The notes beneath the pieces are model-generated. The model saw nothing but the letters and a program-made list of their open reading frames with translations, searched no databases and was not told where the DNA came from. From contig OY771555.1 of assembly GCA_963674785.1 (NCBI GenBank), positions 896,001 to 960,000 on the forward strand: DNA of 64,000 bases, written 5' to 3'. Positions within the stretch are counted from its first letter, which is position 1; each line of letters starts with the position of its first letter. Source of the DNA: Caldisericia bacterium (GTDB lineage: Bacteria > Caldisericota > Caldisericia > JAAYUI01). Positions 9,056 to 18,705 of this stretch are shown piece by piece. The position numbers were made by a program, and so were the translations under genes.

Positions 9056-9616
9056 GTGAAGCCAGAAAGAGTTGTCGAAATTGCAGTCCAAGTTTCCATG
9101 GGCAATAATGATTCCTTTGCAGAAATTGTGGAGGAGTATCAGGATTTTGTCTACAACTTCTCCCTGCGATTGACGGGAAATCGTGAGTGGGCTTGGGATT
9201 TGACATCTGATGTTTTCATGAGGGTGCTTGCAAAACTTGATAAATATAGCCCCGAGTATCCTTTCAAGTCTTGGATTGGAAGGGTGACATATACCCTTGG
9301 ATTAAACTTCATCAGGAAAAACAAAAGATCGGTTCAACTAGAGTCCCTTGGTGGAGAGATCAATTTTGAGGTGCCTGACAAGTCTGAAACTCCCGACATA
9401 GAGACAGATAGGCGAATGACTGTTGAACAGGTCAATCAGGCCATTCACGAACTAAAACCTGATTTCAAGGCAATTATTAATATTTGTGATATCGAAGAGA
9501 TGAGCTACAAGGAGGCAGCCGATATTCTGAAAATCCCTCTGGGGACAGTGAGATCTAGACTTTTCAGAGCAAGGGCTGAACTGAAAGAAATTCTTAACGG
9601 AACAAAAAAGGATTAG
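9056..9616 (+). CDS. ECF RNA polymerase sigma factor (SigW/RpoE-like)
   Basis: Region 2 (DLTSDVFMRV...FKSWI) and region 4 (MSYKEAADILKIPLGTVRSRLFRAR). Confidence 0.9.
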   Translation: MKPERVVEIAVQVSMGNNDSFAEIVEEYQDFVYNFSLRLTGNREWAWDLTSDVFMRVLAKLDKYSPEYPFKSWIGRVTYTLGLNFIRKNKRSVQLESLGGEINFEVPDKSETPDIETDRRMTVEQVNQAIHELKPDFKAIINICDIEEMSYKEAADILKIPLGTVRSRLFRARAELKEILNGTKKD

Positions 9617-9622
9617 GCTGGT

Positions 9623-10372
9623 ATGGAAGGTAACATGAGGCAGTTTAATGACGAAAATCTAAAAAACATGCTACGCGGCATGGGCGCAAAGGCACCAGAC
9701 GGACTGAAAAGTTCGATCATGCAGAGGGTCATGGTCTACAAGCCAAGAAGATCACCAATTTTTTGGTTGATGCCGGCTACTGGTGTTTTAGGACTCGCTC
9801 TTGTTTTGGTAATTTCAATGGGTGTTTTTAGTAGCAGTGGTAGTAATGGTGTTCCTGTTGCCTCAAATGATAACATACCAGCTGCAGAGATTCTGACGAT
9901 GGATACTAGTGGTGGGGAGGAATCCGGAATCTTTGCAGCTAGAGCCGCTTTACCAGACGAAGAGGACACATCTGCTGGTAATGGAATGGAGCTTGCTGAA
10001 TCAGAGCCTTCCACTCTTGGGGCAAAAGCTGTTTATGCAAGGGAAGAGGTTCCAATTGGTGGTGTCGTTGCTACCTCTCCAAGTGGCTACTCAACTGTAA
10101 ATCTATCAACAAAAATTCAAAATAGTCAGAGCCAGACTGTTATGCTTCTCAGTGGTCTTCATGATAATGATCATTGGAAGGGAATCTTAACAGAACTAGA
10201 TAAAATCAGTGACCCATTTATCAGAACAGATAACTATGGAAACTTCATGGTCGATGTTGGAATCTTTGAGGAATCAATAGAAATATTTGACGAAAAGGTT
10301 TCTTCTCAGCTTTGTTACCCAGAGGATGCTGATCAGGGTTCAGTTCTTTTCAGGGTTCAAGTATACAAATAA
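9623..10372 (+). CDS. Putative anti-sigma factor (single TM)
   Basis: Directly after the ECF gene; APDGLKSSIM motif, TM helix, acidic extracytoplasmic region. Start may be ATG 9635. Confidence 0.65.
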   Translation: MEGNMRQFNDENLKNMLRGMGAKAPDGLKSSIMQRVMVYKPRRSPIFWLMPATGVLGLALVLVISMGVFSSSGSNGVPVASNDNIPAAEILTMDTSGGEESGIFAARAALPDEEDTSAGNGMELAESEPSTLGAKAVYAREEVPIGGVVATSPSGYSTVNLSTKIQNSQSQTVMLLSGLHDNDHWKGILTELDKISDPFIRTDNYGNFMVDVGIFEESIEIFDEKVSSQLCYPEDADQGSVLFRVQVYK

Positions 10373-10437
10373 AAAAAACCGAAAGAATTTTCCTTTTTTT
10401 GATTTGTTCAATCGTATCTTTGTTTATGAGTGTTTAT

Positions 10438-10466
10438 TTGACTTGCTGACATACTAATACTAAAAT
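10438..10466 (+). promoter_or_regulatory. Sigma70 promoter of the rpsB-tsf operon
   Basis: TTGACT-N17-TAAAAT. Confidence 0.65.
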
Positions 10467-10475
10467 CCTTTGGTT

Positions 10476-10560
10476 GGGTGGATAATCACCCTAAATACGC
10501 ACACCGCATGTATTCCTTCGGTGAGGGTCTAAAAGATGCGGTGGAGGTGAAAACCGAGAG
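10476..10560 (+). promoter_or_regulatory. rpsB 5' leader (putative S2 autoregulatory RNA)
   Basis: Hairpins GGGTG/CACCC and CACCGCAT/ATGCGGTG followed by GAGG, in the position of known rpsB leaders. Confidence 0.55.
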
Positions 10561-10567
10561 GAGAAAT

Positions 10568-11404
10568 ATGGGCGTAGTAAGTATGAAGCAGTTGCTTGAG
10601 GCTGGAGTTCATTTCGGACATCAGACAAAGCGTTGGAACCCGAAGATGAGACAGTTCATCTTCACAGCAAGAAATGGTATCCACATAGTTGATCTTAGAA
10701 TTACCGCAGAAAAAGCAGAAAATGCCTATGCTGCAGTAAAGAAGATCGCTCAGGGTGGCGGAAACATTATCTTTGTTGGAACAAAAAAACAGGCTCAAGA
10801 TCTTGTTGCAGAAGAAGCAAAAAGATGCGGCGCACATTATGTTAACCAGAGATGGTTTGGTGGAACACTCACTAACTTTGTAACAATCCATCAGAGAATT
10901 CTCAAACTTCGTGAACTTGAAGAAAAAGAGATCACAGGAGAGCTTAGCAGACTTTCAGTAAGAGATCAGGCAAAACAGAAGAAGCTTAAAGAGAAACTCT
11001 CAAAATTTATCGGCGGACTTAAGCACATGGATGTTCTACCTGAGGCAATTTTTGTAACAGACACAATCAAAGACCACGCAGCTGTAACAGAGGCAAACAA
11101 ACTTGGAATTCCTGTAGTTGCAATCGTTGATACAAATTGCAATCCAGAGCCAGTTGACCTGCCAATCCCAGGAAACGACGATGCAATTAGATCAATCAGA
11201 TTCTTCACACATCTCATTTCAAGCGCAATGGTAGAAGGAAGAGAAGGTGTTGACCTCGAGGCTCCAAAAACTGAAGCCGAGAGTTCTGAAGAGACACCAG
11301 AGGTTGTTGAAGCAACTGAAGCCAGTATTGAAGAGATTGTTGATGAAGCTGTAACTTCAATCGCTGAGGAAAACTCAGAAGAAACAAATAAGGAGAATGA
11401 ATAA
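10568..11404 (+). CDS. rpsB: 30S ribosomal protein S2
   Basis: MKQLLEAGVHFGHQTKRWNPKM, PGNDDAIRS; RBS GAGGAG before ATG 10568. Confidence 0.98.
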   Translation: MGVVSMKQLLEAGVHFGHQTKRWNPKMRQFIFTARNGIHIVDLRITAEKAENAYAAVKKIAQGGGNIIFVGTKKQAQDLVAEEAKRCGAHYVNQRWFGGTLTNFVTIHQRILKLRELEEKEITGELSRLSVRDQAKQKKLKEKLSKFIGGLKHMDVLPEAIFVTDTIKDHAAVTEANKLGIPVVAIVDTNCNPEPVDLPIPGNDDAIRSIRFFTHLISSAMVEGREGVDLEAPKTEAESSEETPEVVEATEASIEEIVDEAVTSIAEENSEETNKENE

Positions 11405-11406
11405 TA

Positions 11407-12261
11407 ATGGGTCTTCTTGAAAACATAAAAACACTTAGGGAGCGTACACAGGCTCCAATGATGGATTGTAAAAAAGCTTTAGCAGAAGCCGGCAATGATG
11501 TCGAAAAAGCAATCGACATTTTGAGAGAAAAAGGAATTGCAAAAGCTTCAAAAAAAGCAGGTCGTGAAACAACCGAAGGAAGAATCGGTCTTGCAGTAGC
11601 TCCAGATCTCAAAAAAGCAGTTCTTGTAAAGCTTGCATGCGAAACAGACTTTGTTGCCAAAAATGAAGATTTTGTAAATCTTTCAGAAGAGCTTTCAAAG
11701 CTTGCCCTTGAAAAGGGAGTTGCTTCAACAGAAGAACTTATGAGTGCAGACATCAATGGTGAAACCGTTGAGCAGTATGTCAAAGCAGCCATTGGCAAAG
11801 TTGGCGAAAATATCAATGTTGCTGGTGTTGAAGTCTTCAATGCTGACAAAGGTGTCATTGATGCATATAGACATATGGGCAGCAAATTAGTTGTAATGGT
11901 TGAGGTAGCATCAGATTCAGACAGCAAAGACAAACTCACCTCTCTTGGTCACGAACTTGCGATGCAGATTGCAATCGACAACCCAGATTACATCCATTCA
12001 GATGAGATTCCTGCAGATGTTGTTGAGCGTGAGAGAAAAGTTATCTCAGAATCAGAGGAGCTTGCAGGAAAGCCAGAGAATGTTAAAGAAAGAATTGTCG
12101 ATGGAAAAATCAAGGCATTCTTTAAAACCTGCTGTCTTCTTGACCTCCCATACATGAGAGAGTCAAAGAAGCTCATCTCAGAGGTTGTTGCCGACCTCGA
12201 AAAAGAACTTGGAAACAAAGTTGATGTTGTCAAGTTCAAAAGAGTTTCAATAGGTAAGTAA
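11407..12261 (+). CDS. tsf: Elongation factor Ts
   Basis: LRERTQAPMMDCKKAL, CETDFVAKN. Confidence 0.97.
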   Translation: MGLLENIKTLRERTQAPMMDCKKALAEAGNDVEKAIDILREKGIAKASKKAGRETTEGRIGLAVAPDLKKAVLVKLACETDFVAKNEDFVNLSEELSKLALEKGVASTEELMSADINGETVEQYVKAAIGKVGENINVAGVEVFNADKGVIDAYRHMGSKLVVMVEVASDSDSKDKLTSLGHELAMQIAIDNPDYIHSDEIPADVVERERKVISESEELAGKPENVKERIVDGKIKAFFKTCCLLDLPYMRESKKLISEVVADLEKELGNKVDVVKFKRVSIGK

Positions 12262-12263
12262 TT

Positions 12264-13010
12264 ATGGATCAAACGGGTGAGGGTGGTAGGCGTAAGTTTA
12301 AGCGGATTCTACTGAAACTTTCTGGGGAGTCACTTCTCGGAAACAAAGACTTCGGTGTTGATGTAGAGTTCATAACTTCGATTGCGAAAGTCCTCACCCG
12401 ACTTAGCAGTGACGGTACCGAGATTGCTGTTGTTGTTGGTGGTGGTAATATATGGCGCGGTGCAAATGGTGTCGCCCTTGGAATGGATCAGGTCACCGCA
12501 GACTATATGGGTATGATTGCAACCATTATGAATGGTCTTGCTCTTCAAACAGCAATCGAAACTCAGGGTGTACCAACAAGGCTTCAAACAGCGATTGCAA
12601 TGCATGAGGTCGCAGAACCCTATATTCAGAGAAAAGCGATCAGACATCTTGAGAAAGGTCGAATCGTAATCTTCTCTGCAGGTACTGGTAACCCATTTTT
12701 CACAACAGACACAGCAGCAGCGTTGAGGGCTGCTGAAATTGGGGCAGACTGTCTTTTGAAAGCCACAAAAACAGATGGTGTCTATACCGGTGACCCGGAA
12801 AAAGACCCAAATTCAAAGCTCATTAAAAATCTCACTTACACAGAGGTGTTATCAAAGAATTTAAGAGTGATTGATGGAGCTGCAGTTTCAATTTGTAGGG
12901 ACAACGAAATCCCAATCATAGTTTTCTCAATTACTGACCCTGGAAATATTATCAAGGTTTGTAATGGCGAAGACATTGGATCACTCGTAGAAGGAGGAAA
13001 AAATGGATAA
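12264..13010 (+). CDS. pyrH: UMP kinase
   Basis: RILLKLSGE, VVGGGNIWRG, GNPFFTTDTAAALRA. Confidence 0.97.
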   Translation: MDQTGEGGRRKFKRILLKLSGESLLGNKDFGVDVEFITSIAKVLTRLSSDGTEIAVVVGGGNIWRGANGVALGMDQVTADYMGMIATIMNGLALQTAIETQGVPTRLQTAIAMHEVAEPYIQRKAIRHLEKGRIVIFSAGTGNPFFTTDTAAALRAAEIGADCLLKATKTDGVYTGDPEKDPNSKLIKNLTYTEVLSKNLRVIDGAAVSICRDNEIPIIVFSITDPGNIIKVCNGEDIGSLVEGGKNG

Positions 13011-13554
13011 GAATAAAATTAAGACAAGAATGGAAAAAACATTATCTTCACTTCAGGAACAGCTGATGGGTTTAAGAGCTGGAAATGTCACCCCTTCACT
13101 TGTGAACAAGGTTGTGGTTGATGCCTATGGCTCAAAAATGCCCCTTAATCAGCTTGCAAATATTGGAGCAACAGCTGATGGAAAAACCATCATGGTTGAC
13201 CCGTGGGACAAAACTGTACTAAAAGACATCATGAAAGCACTTCAGAGTGCAAACCTTGGTGCAAACCCAATTTCTGATGGTGCACTCATCAGACTTCCTT
13301 TCCCTCCACTTTCTGCAGAACGCAGAAATGAGCTTGTAAAGATGGTTGAAAAGTTTGGTGAAGAAGGAAAGATCTCAATCAGAAATATCCGTCGTGATGA
13401 AATCACAGCAGAAAAAAAACTTGAAAAAGACGGTGAGATTTCTGAGGATGACCTCAAGAAAAACCAGTCAGTAATTCAAGACATCACCGATGAGTACACA
13501 AAAAAAATTGACAGTGTGATTACTGCCAAGAAGAAGGATATCTTAGATTCTTGA
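13003..13554 (+). CDS. frr: Ribosome recycling factor
   Basis: YGSKMPLNQLA, PPLSAERR, SIRNIRRD; conserved synteny. Confidence 0.97.
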   Translation: MDKNKIKTRMEKTLSSLQEQLMGLRAGNVTPSLVNKVVVDAYGSKMPLNQLANIGATADGKTIMVDPWDKTVLKDIMKALQSANLGANPISDGALIRLPFPPLSAERRNELVKMVEKFGEEGKISIRNIRRDEITAEKKLEKDGEISEDDLKKNQSVIQDITDEYTKKIDSVITAKKKDILDS

Positions 13555-14255
13555 CAGAGACTGAGCGAACCATTCCAAAGCATATTGCCATCATCATGGA
13601 TGGTAATGGAAGGTGGGCAAAAAAAAGAGGTTTACCACGTGTTGAGGGTCACAGACGTGGTGTTACGAGTGTCAGAAAAACTGTTGAGGAGTGTGCGAGG
13701 CTTGGTGTTGAGGTCTTGACCCTCTATGCTTTTTCAACTGAGAATTGGAAACGGCCATCTTTTGAGGTGAGGTTTCTAATGGATACTTTTCTTTCAACCC
13801 TTTTTTCAGAACGACCATTGATAATGGATAATAATATCAGGTTTAAGCTCATTGGGGAACGTGAAGGACTTGAAAGAAAGCTTGTTATCACCTCAAAAAA
13901 ACTTGAAGAAGATTCAAGTGGAAATACTGGGATGTGGTTGGTTTTGGCAATCAACTACGGTGGTCGATCTGAGTTGACATATGCTTTTAAGAAAATGGTT
14001 GAAGATGGGATAAAACCCGAGGAGATCACACAGGAGAGAATCACAGAAAATCTTTACACAAAAGACCTACCAGATCCAGATATGATTGTGAGAACATCTG
14101 GCGAAAGTCGTCTTTCTAATTTTCTGATTTGGCAATCTGCGTATTCTGAATTAATATTTATTGATAAGTATTGGCCAGATTTCAGAGAGAGCGATTTGAT
14201 GGAAGTGATCGATATTTTTAACAACAGAACAAGAAGATTTGGAGGAATAAAATGA
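13551..14255 (+). CDS. uppS: Isoprenyl transferase (undecaprenyl diphosphate synthase)
   Basis: HIAIIMDGNGRWA, AFSTENWKR, RTSGESRLSNF. Confidence 0.97.
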   Translation: MTETERTIPKHIAIIMDGNGRWAKKRGLPRVEGHRRGVTSVRKTVEECARLGVEVLTLYAFSTENWKRPSFEVRFLMDTFLSTLFSERPLIMDNNIRFKLIGEREGLERKLVITSKKLEEDSSGNTGMWLVLAINYGGRSELTYAFKKMVEDGIKPEEITQERITENLYTKDLPDPDMIVRTSGESRLSNFLIWQSAYSELIFIDKYWPDFRESDLMEVIDIFNNRTRRFGGIK

Positions 14256-15133
14256 ATTTAAAGCGTGTGATAGCAGCGGTTATTTTGATTCCGATTGTGC
14301 TTCTTGTGACAATTTTTGGATCTGTTAATCACTATCCATGGTTATTTTTAGTGTTTCTGATTTTAATTTCAACAGTTGGTGTTCTTGAAGGAGTTAAGAT
14401 TGCAAAAAAGGCTGGATATAAAACAAACGTTTTGATACTAGTTTTATCAAACATAACACTCCAAGTATTCATGTATTTTCCACATTTGAGAGCAGAAATA
14501 CTTTTCCTTATATTTGCATTGTTCATGGTACTTTTTGTTCTCGAGATTTTCAGAGGAAAACCTTCTGGTGCCATTGGAAGAATTGGTGCGTCTCTACTGA
14601 TATTTGGAATCGGTGGATTGTTTTCGCTTTTTACGTTATTACAAAAAACCCAGATTGTTGATGATGGCACAATCAACATTGGATTCAGGTTATTGATAAC
14701 TCTTTTTGCTGGTGTGTGGTCGTTTGATATTTTCTCATATTATGGCGGAAAATTCGCCGGCAGACACAAACTCGCACCATCTGTTTCACCAGGTAAAACC
14801 TGGGAAGGACTTATTATTGGAACAATAATCGGGTGGGTTGTTTTTGTTATTGCCGGACAATATTTGATTTTGAACTTCCTTGATGATGTAACTCTGGCTC
14901 ACACAAAACTGAGCCTTGTTCATATGATAATTGCCGGTGGAGTTGTTGTGTTGTTCTCGCTGCTTGGTGATCTGTCCGAGTCGATCTTAAAAAGATCGGC
15001 TAGTGTAAAGGATTCATCAAAGCTTATTATGGGACATGGTGGAATTTTAGATAGAATGGACTCATTGCTTTTTGCAGTCCCCGCTTTTTTATTCTATCTT
15101 ATGTTCTTTATCGATAAGCTGTTCATCGTATGA
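14252..15133 (+). CDS. cdsA: Phosphatidate cytidylyltransferase
   Basis: SPGKTWEG, GDLSESILKR, KDS...GHGGILDRMDS. Confidence 0.95.
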   Translation: MNLKRVIAAVILIPIVLLVTIFGSVNHYPWLFLVFLILISTVGVLEGVKIAKKAGYKTNVLILVLSNITLQVFMYFPHLRAEILFLIFALFMVLFVLEIFRGKPSGAIGRIGASLLIFGIGGLFSLFTLLQKTQIVDDGTINIGFRLLITLFAGVWSFDIFSYYGGKFAGRHKLAPSVSPGKTWEGLIIGTIIGWVVFVIAGQYLILNFLDDVTLAHTKLSLVHMIIAGGVVVLFSLLGDLSESILKRSASVKDSSKLIMGHGGILDRMDSLLFAVPAFLFYLMFFIDKLFIV

Positions 15134-16275
15134 AGCGCATAGCAATAATCGGTTCAACGGGTTCAATTGGAACCCAGACGCTTGAGATTGTCAGGAAAAA
15201 TTTCTCTGACTTTAGGATTATTGCACTTGCAGCTGGATCAAATTTTGTGGCACTATCTAAACAGGCGGAAGAGTTTGGCGTAAAAACAGTATGCTTACAC
15301 GACCCTGAAGCAGCTGCAAAAATGAGAATAATCGCATCTGATGTCACAGTTCTTGCAGGTGATGATGGGCTTTCTGAGATTGCTGCTATGGATATCGATC
15401 TTTTGCTTGTTGCAGGCAACGGCATTGCGACTGTCCCTCCCGTTTACATAGCACTTTCACGTGGCATAAAAGTTGCGCTTGCAACAAAAGAAGCGGTGGT
15501 TTGTGCAGCACACATCATGCCCGAAAACTCAATGTCTGAGCTTGTTATCCCGGTTGACTCAGAGCCGTCTGCAATTTATCAGTGTTTAGTTGGTGAAGAT
15601 AAATTCAGAATCCGCGAGTTGATTCTAACTGCATCTGGTGGCCCATTTTTTTCAAAGGGTGCGACCTGGTCACAGCTTGTAAATGTCAGACCAAATGATG
15701 CCCTGAAGCATCCCAGATGGAATATGGGGAAAAAGGTCAGCATTGATTCAGCTACTCTTGTTAACAAAGGGCTTGAACTCATCGAGATTTCAAAAATGTT
15801 TGATATTGACCCAGACAAGATTCGAGTGATGTTGCATCCCCAGGCGTTGATTCACTCCGGTGTGGTATTTGTTGATGGGTCTACAAAATTTCAAGTAAGT
15901 CAGCCAAACATGAAGTATCCAATATCATATGCGCTTTACCATCCATCAAGGCATATGAATGATATGCCGGGCGTCAAATTTCCAGCCCAGTTCCAGATGG
16001 ATGACATACCTGAGAAGGTAAGCAGACCAATAATGCTTGCAAGAGCGGCTGTTAAAAAAGGTGCAGCTGCCCAGATTGCTTATGCTGCAGCTGATGAATG
16101 GGCAGTAAGGGCATTCCTGAATATGGAGATTCCATTTCATCTGATACCTGAGGTGATTGCAAAGACAATGAATATCATGTCTGAACATACTGATGTTTCA
16201 TCTGTAGGTAGAGTGATGGAATTTTACAATAACTGTTATAAAGAAGCGGGATTGATTGGAAGGAGAATATGGTAA
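15130..16275 (+). CDS. dxr: 1-deoxy-D-xylulose-5-phosphate reductoisomerase
   Basis: GSTGSIGTQ, PVDSE, LTASGGPF, HPRWNMGKKVSIDSA. Confidence 0.95.
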   Translation: MKRIAIIGSTGSIGTQTLEIVRKNFSDFRIIALAAGSNFVALSKQAEEFGVKTVCLHDPEAAAKMRIIASDVTVLAGDDGLSEIAAMDIDLLLVAGNGIATVPPVYIALSRGIKVALATKEAVVCAAHIMPENSMSELVIPVDSEPSAIYQCLVGEDKFRIRELILTASGGPFFSKGATWSQLVNVRPNDALKHPRWNMGKKVSIDSATLVNKGLELIEISKMFDIDPDKIRVMLHPQALIHSGVVFVDGSTKFQVSQPNMKYPISYALYHPSRHMNDMPGVKFPAQFQMDDIPEKVSRPIMLARAAVKKGAAAQIAYAAADEWAVRAFLNMEIPFHLIPEVIAKTMNIMSEHTDVSSVGRVMEFYNNCYKEAGLIGRRIW

Positions 16276-17612
16276 TTATTTCGACAATTTTGAACATTAT
16301 CTACGCGATTTTGATTTTGGGTGTTTTAGTTTTGGTTCATGAGCTTGGACATTTTATTGCAGCAAGATCAATAGGATTACCAGTAATAACTTTTTCTGTT
16401 GGTATGGGGCCAGCAGTCAAAAAATGGAAATGGGCAAGATTTGGAGACACAGAGTTTAGAATTTCAGCAGTTCCATTTGGTGGTTATTGTATGGTCTTGG
16501 GTGAAGAGGAAGATGTTGCCGAGGGAGACACATTCTGGGGTAAAACTCCTTGGCAGAGAATATGGTACACATCCGCTGGAGTCTTGTTCAACTTTATCCT
16601 TGCGATCATAGTTTTTATGGGAGTTTTTGCAACAGTTGGACCAAGTTATCCGGTAATGGAAACAAACCAGATAAAGTTCGCATATCCCCAGATGCCTGCA
16701 GATAAAGCTGGAATCAAAGATGCTGATAGGATTTTGATGGTAGATGATCAGTATATTTTCGAATATAGTCAAATGGCAACCATTGTAAACGATAGCGCAG
16801 GAGAAGAACTTGATTTTGTTGTTGGATCAAGAGTAAAAGAAAAAACTGAAGTAAGTGTTAACCAAAGTGATATCGTTACCATCAATCTTGATGATGAGAT
16901 GTTGGTTTCTGAACTTGAACTTGGCGTGGATACAACACGTGCATTTATAGTTGAAATTGATGGCAAGCTATATCCTCTTGAAAAATTGGATATAGTTAAC
17001 GGAGAAAAAGTCCCAAGATTAGATGACGACCTGAAAAGTATCAACTGGGTTGAAGTTGACTCAATTTTTGCTGATAGTAACGAGCTAAGCCTTGTGTTTT
17101 CGGAATCAATTGAGATAAGAGATGTAAAGATTACTCCGAAAGAATCTATCCAACAAAAGCCTGATGGAACAGAGCAAAAAGTTGGTCTTGTTGGTGTCAA
17201 TCCTTGGTCGGTAAGAGTAAGGGTTGGAATCCTCGATGCTATCAAGCTTGCTTTTGTTGGTTTCTGGAATCTTATGCTTGCCCTTTGGGGTTTTATTGTT
17301 GGACTCTTTAAAGGAAGAACCGATGGGGTTGGTGGACCTGTTGCAATCTTTAAGATGACAAGCACCATGGTAAGATACGGTCTTGCAGATGTTTTGGAGT
17401 TTGCAGCACTTCTTTCCGTAAATCTTGGATTTATCAATCTGCTACCATTCCCAGGGCTTGATGGAGCGCATATCCTGACAGGGCTGTTTGAAGGGATCAC
17501 AGGCATCAAAATTAATCGAAATGCGCTTAACGTTGTAAATTATGTTGGCTTCTTGCTTCTGATGGGCCTGATGGTTTTGATTGTCGTAAGAGATGTGCTC
17601 AACTTCTTCTGA
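16269..17612 (+). CDS. rseP: RIP metalloprotease RseP (M50) with PDZ domain
   Basis: HELGH, PFGGY, NLLPFPGLDG. Confidence 0.93.
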   Translation: MVIISTILNIIYAILILGVLVLVHELGHFIAARSIGLPVITFSVGMGPAVKKWKWARFGDTEFRISAVPFGGYCMVLGEEEDVAEGDTFWGKTPWQRIWYTSAGVLFNFILAIIVFMGVFATVGPSYPVMETNQIKFAYPQMPADKAGIKDADRILMVDDQYIFEYSQMATIVNDSAGEELDFVVGSRVKEKTEVSVNQSDIVTINLDDEMLVSELELGVDTTRAFIVEIDGKLYPLEKLDIVNGEKVPRLDDDLKSINWVEVDSIFADSNELSLVFSESIEIRDVKITPKESIQQKPDGTEQKVGLVGVNPWSVRVRVGILDAIKLAFVGFWNLMLALWGFIVGLFKGRTDGVGGPVAIFKMTSTMVRYGLADVLEFAALLSVNLGFINLLPFPGLDGAHILTGLFEGITGIKINRNALNVVNYVGFLLLMGLMVLIVVRDVLNFF

Positions 17613-18705
17613 TATTAAGATTAAAGTAAACATTGGTGGCGTGGTAATCGGGGGTGGAGCCCCGGTTGCCGTGCAGTCAATGACCAATACAGATACACAT
17701 GATGTAAAAGCAACGCTTTCGCAGATTCATAGGTTGGTTGATGTTGGCTGTGAGATTGTCAGGTGTGCGGTACCTGACATGGAGGCGATTCCATCCTTAA
17801 AGGAGATTGTTAAAGAGTCGCCCATACCTGTGGTTGCAGATGTTCATTTTGATGCTAGAATTGCTCTTGCATCGATCGAGGCTGGTTGTGCGAAACTTCG
17901 TATAAACCCCGGAAACATCAAAGATCGTGCAAAGATAAAAGAGATAGCCGAGGAGGCTCGAAGTGAGAATGTTACTGTAAGAGTTGGTGCAAATTCAGGG
18001 TCACTTGGTAGTGGCACGGAAAGCATGGCAGAACGGTTGGTGGATTCTGCACTCAAACAGGCGCAAATTCTCATGGATTGTGGGTTATCTCAAGTTGTCC
18101 TATCAGTCAAATCATCAGACATAAATGACACAATCTCGGCGAATAGAATTTTGGCGAAGAAAACAAAATTCCCGATACATTTGGGTCTTACAGAATCCGG
18201 TTCCCTGGTTTCAGGACTTGTCCGTTCTACCACAGCTCTTGCTCCACTCCTTTCGGATGGAATAGGAGATACGCTTCGAGTATCACTTACAGCTGACCCT
18301 GTGCTTGAGGTAAAGGCTGCCTGGTCTATCCTTGAGGTGGCAGGAAGAAGAAAAGAGTTCCCAACAATAATATCCTGCCCTACATGTGGTAGGACACATG
18401 GGGATCTACTTGCTGTCCTTGAGAAAGTTGAGAAAGCACTTGCAGGAATTACGGGAATTACTGTTGCCGTGATGGGGTGTGAAGTCAACGGACCAGGTGA
18501 GGCAAAGTCTGCTGATTGTGGTTTGGCGCTTGGAGCGAGTAAAGTTGTTGTCTTTGCAAAAGGCGAACTCATAGGTGCTTATAAAACTGAGGAAGAAGCA
18601 GTGGACATACTTGCAGATTATGCAAGGAGGAATTTTGAACAAAAAAGAGAAATTATACATAGTGGGCGCGAAACTGCAGGAGGACGACCAGAGAGAGGCT
18701 CTTGA
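17593..18705 (+). CDS. ispG: HMBPP synthase
   Basis: VQSMTNT, RINPGNI, HLGLTE, SCPTCGR, VMGCEVNGPGE. Confidence 0.96.
   Translation: MCSTSSDIKIKVNIGGVVIGGGAPVAVQSMTNTDTHDVKATLSQIHRLVDVGCEIVRCAVPDMEAIPSLKEIVKESPIPVVADVHFDARIALASIEAGCAKLRINPGNIKDRAKIKEIAEEARSENVTVRVGANSGSLGSGTESMAERLVDSALKQAQILMDCGLSQVVLSVKSSDINDTISANRILAKKTKFPIHLGLTESGSLVSGLVRSTTALAPLLSDGIGDTLRVSLTADPVLEVKAAWSILEVAGRRKEFPTIISCPTCGRTHGDLLAVLEKVEKALAGITGITVAVMGCEVNGPGEAKSADCGLALGASKVVVFAKGELIGAYKTEEEAVDILADYARRNFEQKREIIHSGRETAGGRPERGS

Noticed and set aside
10478-10567. N-terminal extension of RpsB
   Set aside because: The region is the structured 5' leader; RBS and homology support ATG 10568.
11214-11939. Long antisense ORFs (also 16769-17509, 50749-51774 and others)
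   Set aside because: Shadow frames opposite well-supported genes, without RBS or motifs.
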